A DNA stretch of 64,000 bases from an uncultured Chloroflexia bacterium (GTDB lineage: Bacteria > Chloroflexota > Limnocylindria > Limnocylindrales > CSP1-4), in contig CAVXPZ010000004.1 in NCBI GenBank assembly GCA_963763775.1, positions 128,001 through 192,000 of the forward strand, read 5' to 3'. The notes beneath the pieces are model-generated. The model was not told where the DNA came from, did not search any database, and saw nothing but the letters and a program-made list of their open reading frames with translations. Of this stretch, positions 9,562 to 18,350 are shown piece by piece; the stretch's first letter is position 1; the number at the start of each line of letters is the position of its first letter. Position numbers and translations under genes: made by a program.

Positions 9562-10311
9562 ATGGACCTGTCACAGGACACCCTTCTCGCCATCCTCGCC
9601 GCGGTGCTCATCGCGGACATCCTCGTCGTCGCCATCGCCCTCATCTGGACGCGATACCAGCAGCGCCGCGATCGGGCCGGTACGGCCATGCCGGTCGCGC
9701 CTGCGACGCCCCCTCGACCCATCACCGGAGCCACCCCGATGACCAGCCGTGCCTACCCGGCCGCGACCGCGATCAACGACCCCACGACCGATCCGCTGAC
9801 CGGTCTGCTCATGGCCGGGGCCTGGTCCCGGATCATCGTCGACGAGGAGGCCAGGATCCGGCGCTACCACCGGCCGGCGACCGTCGTCATCATCGAGATC
9901 GAGGGGCTGGACCGACTCGTCGCCCGCCTGGGTCCTGGCTCCGTCGACCGGATCGTGCCGGCCGTCGCCGACACGCTTCGGCGAGGGGCGCGCGAGGCGG
10001 ACCACGTCGCGCGGCTCGCCACGGGCCGGTTCGCGATCCTGATGCCCGAGACCGACGAGATCCTCGCGATCAACTACGTCGAGCGCGTCCGAAAGGCCTG
10101 CGACCTGTGGCTGGAGTCCGGCGCGGTGTCGCTGCGGCTGGCCATCGGCTGGGCGAGCTCCAGCGGTGACGGGTCGCTGGTCGACGCCGAGGCCCTGGCC
10201 ACGGACCGGATGTACGGCGAACTCCGTCGAGTTTCGCGTGGCAACAACCCCGACGCGAGCGGCGGCGCGGCTCCGACCAACGGCGGCATGGAGCCAGCGT
10301 TCGGCGGCTAA
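9562..10311 (+). CDS. Membrane-anchored degenerate GGDEF-domain protein
   Basis: N-terminal TM helix, then 'TDPLTGL' and GGDEF-fold elements, with the active-site loop reading 'ARLATGRF'; CAGGAG upstream. Confidence 0.8.
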   Translation: MDLSQDTLLAILAAVLIADILVVAIALIWTRYQQRRDRAGTAMPVAPATPPRPITGATPMTSRAYPAATAINDPTTDPLTGLLMAGAWSRIIVDEEARIRRYHRPATVVIIEIEGLDRLVARLGPGSVDRIVPAVADTLRRGAREADHVARLATGRFAILMPETDEILAINYVERVRKACDLWLESGAVSLRLAIGWASSSGDGSLVDAEALATDRMYGELRRVSRGNNPDASGGAAPTNGGMEPAFGG

Positions 10312-10336
10312 GGACAGCAGCGGGGGCCTCACCGCG

Positions 10337-10461
10337 CCGGGCCGCGGCAGGCCTCACCGGGCCGCGGCAGGCCTCACCGGGCCGCGCACGCCGCCACCGC
10401 GCCGGGCCGCGGCGCCGCGACCTCGCCGGGCCACGGCGCCGCCACCTCGCCGGGCCACTGT
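10337..10461. repeat. GC-rich minisatellites (2.5 x 20 bp, then 3 x 24 bp)
   Basis: CCGGGCCGCGGCAGGCCTCA at 10337 and 10357 (partial at 10377); GCCGCCACC(G/T)CGCCGGGCC(G/A)CGGC-like units at 10390, 10414 and 10438. Confidence 0.85.
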
Positions 10462-10573
10462 CAGTACCGGTTTCGTGAGATTCACGCTCAGACTGGTGCC
10501 AGACCGACATCAGATCGTCTGATTCGGCTGCAGTCCACGCTCGGCTGTCGCGAATCCGTCACCGTCAGTACCG
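10457..10573. repeat. Left 117-bp arm of degenerate inverted repeat flanking the nuclease gene
   Basis: GTAC at 10464 and 10568, central hairpin ATCAGA-TCG-TCTGAT; aligns with the reverse complement of 11495-11611. Confidence 0.65.
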
Positions 10574-10664
10574 TAGGCGGTCGCTCCGGGCGACTGGGCG
10601 GACGGGACCGACCTGCCGGATCGGGATAACCGACGGTGCAGCCTCGAGTGGTTGACTTCCGCCC

Positions 10665-11462
10665 ATGCTTCGGAAGTCCTTCGGCCAGGTGTGCTTCGAG
10701 ACCAGGGTCGCTCTCGACTTGAGTCAGACGCAGCTCGCCGCCCGGGCCGGCGTCACCCGAAGCTACATCGGACAGGTCGAGCGCGGCGACGCCAACATCA
10801 CGCTAGACCGGCTCGTGTCGGTCGCCAGCGCCCTCGGCATCGAGGTCGCGTTCGACCTTCGGCCGCCGACCATCATCGGGCGCCATCCGGGTCAGTCGGA
10901 CATCGTCCACGCCTGGTGCTCCGGCCATGCCGATCGGCGATTGCGCGCGGACGGCTGGTCGACGGCGCGGGAGGTCGAGGTCGTCCATGGTCGATCGCAC
11001 GGGTGGATCGACCTGCTCGCCTTCGATCATCGGACCGGCACGCTGCTGATCATCGAGATCAAGACGCGGCTGGACGATCTCGGCGCCGTCGAGCGGCAGA
11101 TCGCGTGGTATGAGCGAATGGCGTGGGGCCTCGCGCGCGATATCGGGTGGGAGCCCCGGCGGGTCGCGACATGGCTGCTCGTGCTTGCGAGCGACGAGGT
11201 CGATGCATCGTTGCGCATCAATCGGTCGGTCATCGATCGAGCGTTCCCGTCTCGCGCCGTTGAGATGACGGCCGCCCTCGCCGTGCCCGAGCGTCTCCGG
11301 CCTGGGGCTCGCGGGCTGGCGTTGATCGACCCCGCCGGGCACGGCCGGCGCTGGCTGATCCGCTCCCGTCTGGACGGGCGCCGAACGCCGGCGCGCTACG
11401 CGGACTACGCGGCGGCGGCCGCGAGAGTGTCGGGGCAGAAGACCGGGGCGCGACGTCGATGA
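10665..11462 (+). CDS. XRE-family HTH fused to a PD-(D/E)XK-type endonuclease domain
   Basis: 'LSQTQLAARAGVTRSYIGQVERG' (XRE HTH); 'REVEV...GWIDLLAF...LLIIEIKT...RQIAWY' (E...D...ExK...QxxxY nuclease motif). Confidence 0.85.
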   Translation: MLRKSFGQVCFETRVALDLSQTQLAARAGVTRSYIGQVERGDANITLDRLVSVASALGIEVAFDLRPPTIIGRHPGQSDIVHAWCSGHADRRLRADGWSTAREVEVVHGRSHGWIDLLAFDHRTGTLLIIEIKTRLDDLGAVERQIAWYERMAWGLARDIGWEPRRVATWLLVLASDEVDASLRINRSVIDRAFPSRAVEMTAALAVPERLRPGARGLALIDPAGHGRRWLIRSRLDGRRTPARYADYAAAAARVSGQKTGARRR

Positions 11463-11494
11463 TGATCGGCGTCGCCCCTGCGAGGGTCGGGGCT

Positions 11495-11611
11495 GGGTAC
11501 CCCTAGTTGCCGATCGCCGACAGACGCCTCGAGGTCACCCGCCGAATCGACAGGAATCTGTCGATCCCTGGTCTCAGCACGCTCGAATCTCGCGGTTCGG
11601 GTACTGGGAGT
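11495..11611. repeat. Right 117-bp arm of degenerate inverted repeat
   Basis: GTAC at 11497 and 11601, central perfect hairpin ATCGACAG-GAAT-CTGTCGAT (11546-11565). Confidence 0.65.
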
Positions 11612-11639
11612 TCCCTCGCATGTGAGCGAGGACGGACCG

Positions 11640-11722
11640 GCCCGTCGGGCGGTTACGGCCCCTCGGGCGGGACCAGCCCCGTCGGGCGGGACCAGCCCCG
11701 TCGGGCGCGGAACGGCCCCGTC
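11640..11722. repeat. GC-rich minisatellite (~4.5 x 18-20 bp)
   Basis: Units resembling GCCCCGTCGGGCGGGACCA at 11640, 11658, 11676, 11695 and 11715. Confidence 0.85.
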
Positions 11723-11777
11723 TCTGCCGGTCGGCAAGGACGAGGCCGAGGAGCGCAACCGCGGCGGCGACCGAGGG

Positions 11778-13217
11778 CTACCCCGCGTTGATCTCCGCCG
11801 GCACGAGCCCCTCCCCCTCGGGATGGGCCGGCGCCGCGCCGATGATCACCTCCCGGCGGGCTCGACCCGGCAGGGCCAGGGCCACCAAGGCTCCGACGCC
11901 GACGACCGCCGCCCCGACCCACACGGCCGGGACCAAGCCGTCCACGAACGCGGTCGGCGACACGTACGAGCCGTTGGACGAGAACACGCTGGCCAGGACG
12001 GCGACGCCGAACACGCCGCCGATCTCGCGGATCGTGTTCGTCGCCCCGGATGCCTGGCCCTCCTCGATCCGGTCGACCGACGAGAGCACGACGTTCGCGA
12101 TCGGGGCGAAGAACAGCCCCATCCCGATGCCCGCGAGCACGAACCCGGGGACGAGCACCGGATACGCCACGGTCGGCGTCGTCACGGCCGCGATCCAGGC
12201 GAGGCCGGCGGAGAGGGCCACCATGCCGGCCACGAGGATCGGCCGGCCGCCGATGCGCCCGGCGAGGACGCCGGCGAGCGGCGCCACGATCGCGGGCATC
12301 GCGGTCCACGGCAGGGTGCGCAGCCCCGACTGGAACGGGCTCAGGCCCTGGACGATCTGGAAGAACTGGACGAGGAGGAACACGGCGCCGAAGACGCCGA
12401 AGTACATGAGGAACGACACCACGTTGGCGGCCGTGAAGCCGCGGCTGCGGAAGAACCGGAGGGGAAGCATCGGCGACGCGGTCCGCGCCTCCCACGCGAG
12501 GAACAGCGCCATCAGCACCGCCCCGATCGCGAGCGCGGTGATGATCTGCGGGTCGGTCCAGCCAAGGTCGTTGCCGTGGATGACGCCCCACACGAGGGCG
12601 AACAGCCCGGCGCTCACGAGGCCGAGCCCGGGCAGGTCGAGGGCCCCGTCGGGACCGTAGGACTCGGTCAGCCGGAAGGTCGAGAGCACGATGGCGACGA
12701 TGCCGATCGGAACGTTGAGCCAGAAGATCCAGTGCCAGTTCACGCCTTCGGCGATGGCGCCGCCGACGAGCGGGCCGATCGCGATCGCCAGGCCGGCGAT
12801 ACCGCCCCACGCGCCGAGGGCGACCGCTCGTCGCTCGGGCGGGACCGCGCCCGACAGGATCGTCAGGCTCAACGGCGTCACGAACGCGCCGCCGACGCCC
12901 TGGATGGCGCGCGCGACGATGAGGAGATCGCTCGACGGCGCGAGCGCGGCCGCCGCGGAGCCCGCGGTGAAGATCACCAGGCCGAGGATGAACATCCGAC
13001 GACGACCGAACCGGTCGCCGAGGGCGGCGCCCGTCAGCAGCAGGACCGCGAAGGTCAGGGTGTAGGCGTTGACCATCCACTCGAGCGCCGACAGCGAGGC
13101 GCCCAGGTCGGCCTTGATGACGGGCAGGGCGGTCGTCACGACGAGGTTGTCGAGCGCGACCATGAACAGGGCGACGGAGGTGATGGCGAAGGTCCATCCG
13201 GTCCGAGACAACCGCAT
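11778..13217 (-). CDS. DHA2-family (EmrB/QacA) MFS efflux transporter
   Basis: 'FMVALDNLVV', 'WMVNAYTLTFA', 'LGDRFGRRR', 'WHWIFWLNVPIG'; about 14 TM helices. Confidence 0.93.
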   Translation of the reverse strand: MRLSRTGWTFAITSVALFMVALDNLVVTTALPVIKADLGASLSALEWMVNAYTLTFAVLLLTGAALGDRFGRRRMFILGLVIFTAGSAAAALAPSSDLLIVARAIQGVGGAFVTPLSLTILSGAVPPERRAVALGAWGGIAGLAIAIGPLVGGAIAEGVNWHWIFWLNVPIGIVAIVLSTFRLTESYGPDGALDLPGLGLVSAGLFALVWGVIHGNDLGWTDPQIITALAIGAVLMALFLAWEARTASPMLPLRFFRSRGFTAANVVSFLMYFGVFGAVFLLVQFFQIVQGLSPFQSGLRTLPWTAMPAIVAPLAGVLAGRIGGRPILVAGMVALSAGLAWIAAVTTPTVAYPVLVPGFVLAGIGMGLFFAPIANVVLSSVDRIEEGQASGATNTIREIGGVFGVAVLASVFSSNGSYVSPTAFVDGLVPAVWVGAAVVGVGALVALALPGRARREVIIGAAPAHPEGEGLVPAEINAG

Positions 13218-13236
13218 CGATCGATCCCCTTCCTAG

Positions 13237-13252
13237 TTAGTAGTCACTAAGT
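13237..13252. promoter_or_regulatory. TetR operator upstream of the MFS gene
   Basis: TTAGTAGTCACTAA(GT); its reverse complement matches the site at 13885-13900 in 15/16 positions. Confidence 0.75.
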
Positions 13253-13261
13253 ACTGTGGCG

Positions 13262-13291
13262 AAAAAAGGGGCCGTCCCGACCCGGGACGGC
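13262..13291 (-). terminator. Intrinsic terminator after tetR
   Basis: GCCGTCCCG-GGT-CGGGACGGC stem followed by CCC and TTTTTT on the minus strand. Confidence 0.8.
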
Positions 13292-13310
13292 ACGTGGGCA
13301 AGCGGCGAGG

Positions 13311-13877
13311 TCATCGGACAGCGGCGAGTCCTCCCGCAGCGGCGAAGCTGTAGTCGGCGACCTCGGCCATCTCGCGGCCGATGGCCGCGGCCGTGTTCAT
13401 GAGCATGCCCAGGCCGAACCACGCCTCGAGGGTCTGGTCGTCGGCGCCGGACAGGTCGCGGACGCTCTGGTAGATGCGGTTGAACTCTTCGCCGACGACC
13501 TCGCGGATCTCCGGGTCGCCGCACGCCGCGTAGGCCTGCAACTGGCAGAGGAGCAGCTCGCGGTCGAGCAGGAGCGCGCAGTACGAGCGGCCGATCGCTT
13601 CGAGGACGTGCCGGGTGGAGGGATCCTCGACGCGGGCCTGCCGGCCGACGGCTTCGAACGTGGTCCGCGTCCGTCCGAACCCGTGCCGGATCGCCGCCAG
13701 GAAGAGGTCCTTCTTGGTGCCGAACAGCTGGAACAGGTACGGCTGGCTCACGCCGGAGCGCCTGGCGATGGCCTCGGTCGAGGTCCCGTAGTAGCCGGTC
13801 TGCGCGAATTCGATCATCGCGGCAGCGACGACGGCATCACGACGCTCGTCGGCGGTGAGTCGGGTGGTCGGTGTCAT
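13311..13877 (-). CDS. TetR/AcrR-family regulator
   Basis: 'FAQTGYYGTSTEAIARRSGVSQPYLFQLFGTKKDLF'. Confidence 0.93.
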   Translation of the reverse strand: MTPTTRLTADERRDAVVAAAMIEFAQTGYYGTSTEAIARRSGVSQPYLFQLFGTKKDLFLAAIRHGFGRTRTTFEAVGRQARVEDPSTRHVLEAIGRSYCALLLDRELLLCQLQAYAACGDPEIREVVGEEFNRIYQSVRDLSGADDQTLEAWFGLGMLMNTAAAIGREMAEVADYSFAAAGGLAAVR

Positions 13878-13884
13878 GCGCGTA

Positions 13885-13902
13885 ACTTAGTGAGTACTAA
13901 GT
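13885..13902. promoter_or_regulatory. TetR autoregulatory operator overlapping the -10 box
   Basis: ACTTAGT-GAGT-ACTAAGT palindrome overlapping TAAGTT, which lies 6 nt before the tetR ATG. Confidence 0.75.
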
Positions 13903-13975
13903 CGCATGTCAACCCCGGCAGATGACGACCCGGGCCGAGCCGGGCGGAGCCGACGGGGGAAACGAGCCGAGACGG

Positions 13976-15578
13976 TCAGTCGCGGCCCAGTCGGATCCCT
14001 CGCCCGGGCGTGGCCCCCGTGTGTGCGCCGTCGTCGACGACCACCGTGCCGTTGACGATGACGTGCTCGATGCCGTCGGGATACCGCCGCGGCTCGTCGT
14101 AGGTCGCGTTCGAGCGCACCGTCGCCGGGTCGAAGACGACGATGTCGGCGAAGGCGCCGTCCCGGAGCACGCCCCGGTGACGCAGCCCGAGGCGTGCCGC
14201 GGCCGCGCCGGTCATCTTGCGGATCGCCTCCTCGAGCGAGAGCCTCGCCTCGTCACGCACGAACTGGCCGAGGATCCGCGGGAACGAGCCGTAGGTCCGC
14301 GGCGCCGGCTTCTCGCCGAGGAATGTCGAGTCCGTGCCGACCATCCCGACGGGGTGCGCGACGAACAGCGGCAGCGTCTCGGCCATCGGCCCGCTCGTGA
14401 CCTGAGCGACCCCGAGCCGCTCCGAGAGCAACAGGTCGCAGATCGTGTCGACCGCGTCGCGGCCGGTCTCGGTCATCACCTCGGCGAGCGTCCGCGACTC
14501 CCAGCGGAGGTTGTCCGACTGCGTGAACGCCCCGAGGCGCAGGTCGGCCCAGCCGGCCGGCCCCGTGTAGGCGGCGCCGCGCGCCGCGATCTCGACGCGG
14601 ACCCGGTCGCGCGCGGACCGGTCGGCGAGCCTCGCCTTCAGCGGCCCCGGTCCGCCCTCCTGGATCCACAGCGGCAGCTGGATCAGCAACCGGGTGCTGG
14701 CCCATTCGGACGGGTAGGTGTCGAAGGTGACGTCGAGCCCTTCCGCGCGCGCGTCGTCGATGAGGGCGAGCAGGCGGTCCGCCGGTCCCGGGTGCGTCTC
14801 GCGGTGGTAGAAGTGCGTGATGTGCGACGGGCGCGTCGGCGCGTCGCCCGATCTCGATCGCCTCGCGGAACGGGTCGAGATAGCGGTCGCCGAGCGCGTA
14901 CCGCACGTGCGTGTGGTAGATGCCGCCGGCCCGGCCGGCCTCGGCCGTGAGCGACGCCAGCTCCTCGGTGGTCGCGAACGCGCCGGGCGGGTAGTCGAGG
15001 CCGGAGCTGACGCCGACCGCGCCATCCGCCATCGCCTCGCGGAGCCGCCCGCGCATCCGGTCGACGGCGGTGGCGTCGGCCGGGGTGTCCTCCCAACCCA
15101 CGGCGTCGATCCGGAGGGCGGAATTGCCCACGAGCGTCCCGATGTTGACGCTGACCGTGCCGTCGAACCGGGCGAGGTAGCTCGCGACCGAGTCCCAGTC
15201 CAGGTCGATCTCCGGCCGCCCGTCGAGGCCGGCGTCGAGCTCCACGAACGCCTCGAGGTCCGCACGCGACGCGAACGGGGCGAACCCGTTCCCGTCGACC
15301 CCGACGATCTCGGTGGTGATGCCCTGGCGGACCTTGGGCTCGTGGCGCGGCTCCGCCAGGATGACGAGGCCGCCGTGGCTGTGCAGGTCGATGAACCCCG
15401 GCGCCACCACCCGTCCCGTGGCGTCGATCCGGCGACCGACACGCTCCGGCAGGTCGGCATCGGGCGCCAGGAGCCGCAGCCGCTCCCCGTCGACGACGAC
15501 ACTCCCGGCGCGCCCCGGAGCGCCCGTCCCGTCGACGATCGTCCCGCCCGTGATCAGGAGATCCGCGTGGTCAGCCAC
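13976..15578 (-). CDS. N-acyl-D-amino-acid deacylase family amidohydrolase (frameshift ~14830)
   Basis: 'LLITGGTIVDGTG', 'APGFIDLHSH', 'SSGLDYPPG', 'YHTHVR', then in the next frame 'PRTYGSFPRILG', 'ADIVVFDP'. Confidence 0.85.
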
Positions 15579-16947
15579 GTCCTGGACCGTCGCCGACCCG
15601 CGCGCCCGGGCCGGCCAATCGTCGGCCGCGAACCCACGCACCGCGCACCATGTCCGGATGCGCGCGGAAGATCAGGCGGCTCATCAGGTCCTCGGGGTCA
15701 TCGTCGGTGATCCCCGGGACGGGAGCGACCAACGACGGGTCGACGAGGATGAAGTCCGCCTCCTTGCCGAGCTCGATCGACCCGATCCGGTCCCCGAGCC
15801 CGAGGGCCAGCGCGCCGCCGAGCGTCCCGATGCGCAGCCAGTCGAGCGGGCCGAGCACCGGCCCGCCGCCGCGCCCGGCGACCTCGAGGGCGTTCTTGGC
15901 ATACGCACCGACGCGCATCGCGGTGAACATCGAGAGGTCCGGCCCGCCCGCCACATCCGAGCCCAGGCCGATCCCGAGGCCGGCCTCCAGGTACCGGCCG
16001 AGCGGCATGACCCCCGACGCGAGGAACAGGTTCGACGCCGGGCAGTGCGCGATGCGCGTGTCGGTCTCGACGAGGCGGGCGATCTCGCGGTCCGACAGGT
16101 GGACCGCGTGCGCCAGCACGGTCCGCGCCCCGAGCGCACCGGCACGGTCGTAGACGTCGACGTAGTCGCGGGCCTCGGGAAAGAGCCGCGCGACTTCCGC
16201 GATCTCGCCGCGGTCCTCGGAGACATGCGTCTGCCAGTAGGCGCCCGTCGAGGCGGCGAGGGCGGCGGACTCGCGCAGGAGGTCGGCGGTGCACGAGACG
16301 GCGAACCGCGGGGTGACGGCATAGCGGAGTCGGTCGTCATCGCGGCCATGCCAGCGCGCGATCAGGTCCGCGGTCTCGCGCAGCGTCCGGTCGAGGATCG
16401 TGGCCGGGTCGATCGTGTCGTCGTACGTCCCCCGATCCATCATCACCTTGCCGACGATCGCGCGGATCCCGTGGGCCTCGGCGGCACGGAACGTCGCGTC
16501 GAGGCTCGCCTCGTACACCGCACCGTAGACGAGGGCCGTCGTGGTCCCGGCGGCCGCGAACGCCTGCCAGGCGAGCGGCGCCAACCGCTCGGCCGTCGCC
16601 TCGTCGAAGCCGCGCTCCAGCGGGAAGATGTACCGCTCGAGCCAGGTCAGCAGGTCCAGACCGGCGCCGAGGCCCGCGTTGGGGAGCTGCGGCAGGTGCG
16701 CGTGGAGGTCGACCATGCCGGGCAGCACGACCCACGGGCGGAGGTCCACCGCCGCAGCGCGCTCGGCGCCGGAGCGCCCGGCCGCCGCGCCAGCCGACAC
16801 GATCCGCCCGGTCGCGTCGACGTCCACGATCGCGTCCGCCTCGTGGCGGGTGCCGCCGCCGTCCAGCGAGGTCAGCAGCCGCGCCCGGATCGAGAAGGGC
16901 GGCGCCGCGGGGAGCGACGCCACGCGGGCGCCGGTCGACGACGTCAT
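15571..16947 (-). CDS. guaD: Guanine deaminase
   Basis: 'PGMVDLHAHLPQ', 'LLTWLERYIFPLE', 'YAVTPRFAVSC', 'QTHVSE', 'HCPASNLFLASG', 'GSDVAGG'. Confidence 0.92.
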   Translation of the reverse strand: MTSSTGARVASLPAAPPFSIRARLLTSLDGGGTRHEADAIVDVDATGRIVSAGAAAGRSGAERAAAVDLRPWVVLPGMVDLHAHLPQLPNAGLGAGLDLLTWLERYIFPLERGFDEATAERLAPLAWQAFAAAGTTTALVYGAVYEASLDATFRAAEAHGIRAIVGKVMMDRGTYDDTIDPATILDRTLRETADLIARWHGRDDDRLRYAVTPRFAVSCTADLLRESAALAASTGAYWQTHVSEDRGEIAEVARLFPEARDYVDVYDRAGALGARTVLAHAVHLSDREIARLVETDTRIAHCPASNLFLASGVMPLGRYLEAGLGIGLGSDVAGGPDLSMFTAMRVGAYAKNALEVAGRGGGPVLGPLDWLRIGTLGGALALGLGDRIGSIELGKEADFILVDPSLVAPVPGITDDDPEDLMSRLIFRAHPDMVRGAWVRGRRLAGPGARVGDGPGRG

Positions 16948-18320
16948 GCGCCGCCCACGGCCGTCGCCACGACCTCGAGGGCCTCGTCGAGCCGCTCCTC
17001 GGTGGTCCTCGGACTCAGGAACGCGAAGCGGATCGTGACCCGGCCGTCGAGCGAGGTGGTCGAGACCTGGAACCGACCCGTGGCATGCAGCGCGGCGACG
17101 ATCCGTTCCGTGGCGGCGTCGCCGGCCGCGGCCCGGAACGTGACGACCGACGTCGCCGGCGGCGACCCGACCTCGATGCCGTGGATGGTGGCGAGACCGG
17201 CATGGGCTCGTTCCGCGAGATCGAGCATCCGGTCGAGCTCGCGAGCGAACGCCGCGGTGCCGTGCAGGTGGAGCGGGAACCAGATCGCCGCGCCGCGGTA
17301 GGGCCGCGTCAGCTCCGGGCCGCGCTGGAAGTAGTGCGGGAGCCCCTCGACCGTGGGGACGTCGCGCAGGTACGCACCGGATCCCTCGTGCGCGTCGACG
17401 AGCGTCGCCGGGTCGCGGACGAGGAGGGCGGCCACCCCGTACGGGAGGAACAGCCCCTTGTGCGCATCCACCGTGACGGAGTCGGCGCGCTCGATGCCGG
17501 CGAGCCGGGCACGGCCTCGGTCGGTCAGCTGGAAGAAGCCCCCGTACGCGGCGTCGACGTGGAACCAGGCGCCTGAGGTCGCCGCGATCTCGGCGAGGTC
17601 CCGCAGCGGGTCGATGGCGCCGGTGTCCGTGCTGCCAGCGGTACCCACCACGAGGAACGGCGACCGGCCGGCCGCCTCGTCCGCGGCGATGACCGCCCGG
17701 AGCGCGTCGGCATCGCACCGACCGAGCGCGTCCACCGCGACGACCCTGACGGCCGAGGGATCGATGCCGACGAGGCGGGCCGCCTTGGCGACGGAGTGGT
17801 GCGCCCGTTCCGAGACGTACATCGTCGGCGAGCCGCCGGGCCGGGCGTGCGCCCGTGCGGCGACGATCGCGGTCTGGTTGGCGAGCGATCCGCCGGACAG
17901 GAAGACCCCGCCTGACCCGTCCGGCAGCCCGAACACCGACGCGAGCCAGCGGAGCACCCCCTCCTCGATGGCGACGAGTGCGGGCGCTTCGAACGCGGCG
18001 CCGGTGAACCCGTGGGCACCGGCCGCGAGGAGCACGGCGACCACGCCGCTGTCGAGGGCGCCGTTGGGGATGAAGGCGTAGCTCCCGGGCGACGTCTTGT
18101 CCCATCCCGTCGTCGCGGCGTCCACGAAGCGGTCGAGGAGGTCCGAGACCGGCTCGCCGCCGGGTGGCGGTGGCTGGAGCAGGGCGTCGATCAGGGCCGG
18201 ATCGGTGGCCCGGAAGGCATCGGAGCCGGCTCGCCGGTCGTGGATGCGCTCGAGCGCATCGAACACGTCGGTGGTGAGCGTCCGTCGCGCGGACGCGTCG
18301 AGGTCGAGCGGGCGATCCAC
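16944..18320 (-). CDS. PLP-dependent group II amino-acid decarboxylase
   Basis: 'SGGSLANQTA', 'AHHSV', 'GTAGSTDTGAIDPL', 'WFHVDAAYGG', 'DAHKGLF'. Confidence 0.9.
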   Translation of the reverse strand: MDRPLDLDASARRTLTTDVFDALERIHDRRAGSDAFRATDPALIDALLQPPPPGGEPVSDLLDRFVDAATTGWDKTSPGSYAFIPNGALDSGVVAVLLAAGAHGFTGAAFEAPALVAIEEGVLRWLASVFGLPDGSGGVFLSGGSLANQTAIVAARAHARPGGSPTMYVSERAHHSVAKAARLVGIDPSAVRVVAVDALGRCDADALRAVIAADEAAGRSPFLVVGTAGSTDTGAIDPLRDLAEIAATSGAWFHVDAAYGGFFQLTDRGRARLAGIERADSVTVDAHKGLFLPYGVAALLVRDPATLVDAHEGSGAYLRDVPTVEGLPHYFQRGPELTRPYRGAAIWFPLHLHGTAAFARELDRMLDLAERAHAGLATIHGIEVGSPPATSVVTFRAAAGDAATERIVAALHATGRFQVSTTSLDGRVTIRFAFLSPRTTEERLDEALEVVATAVGGA

Positions 18321-18350
18321 CCGCGAAGGCTAGCAGGGGCGACGACGCCC

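Noticed and set aside
10337-11722. CRISPR array interpretation of the short repeats next to a nuclease
   Set aside because: The repeats are head-to-tail with no unique spacers, and no cas genes are present.
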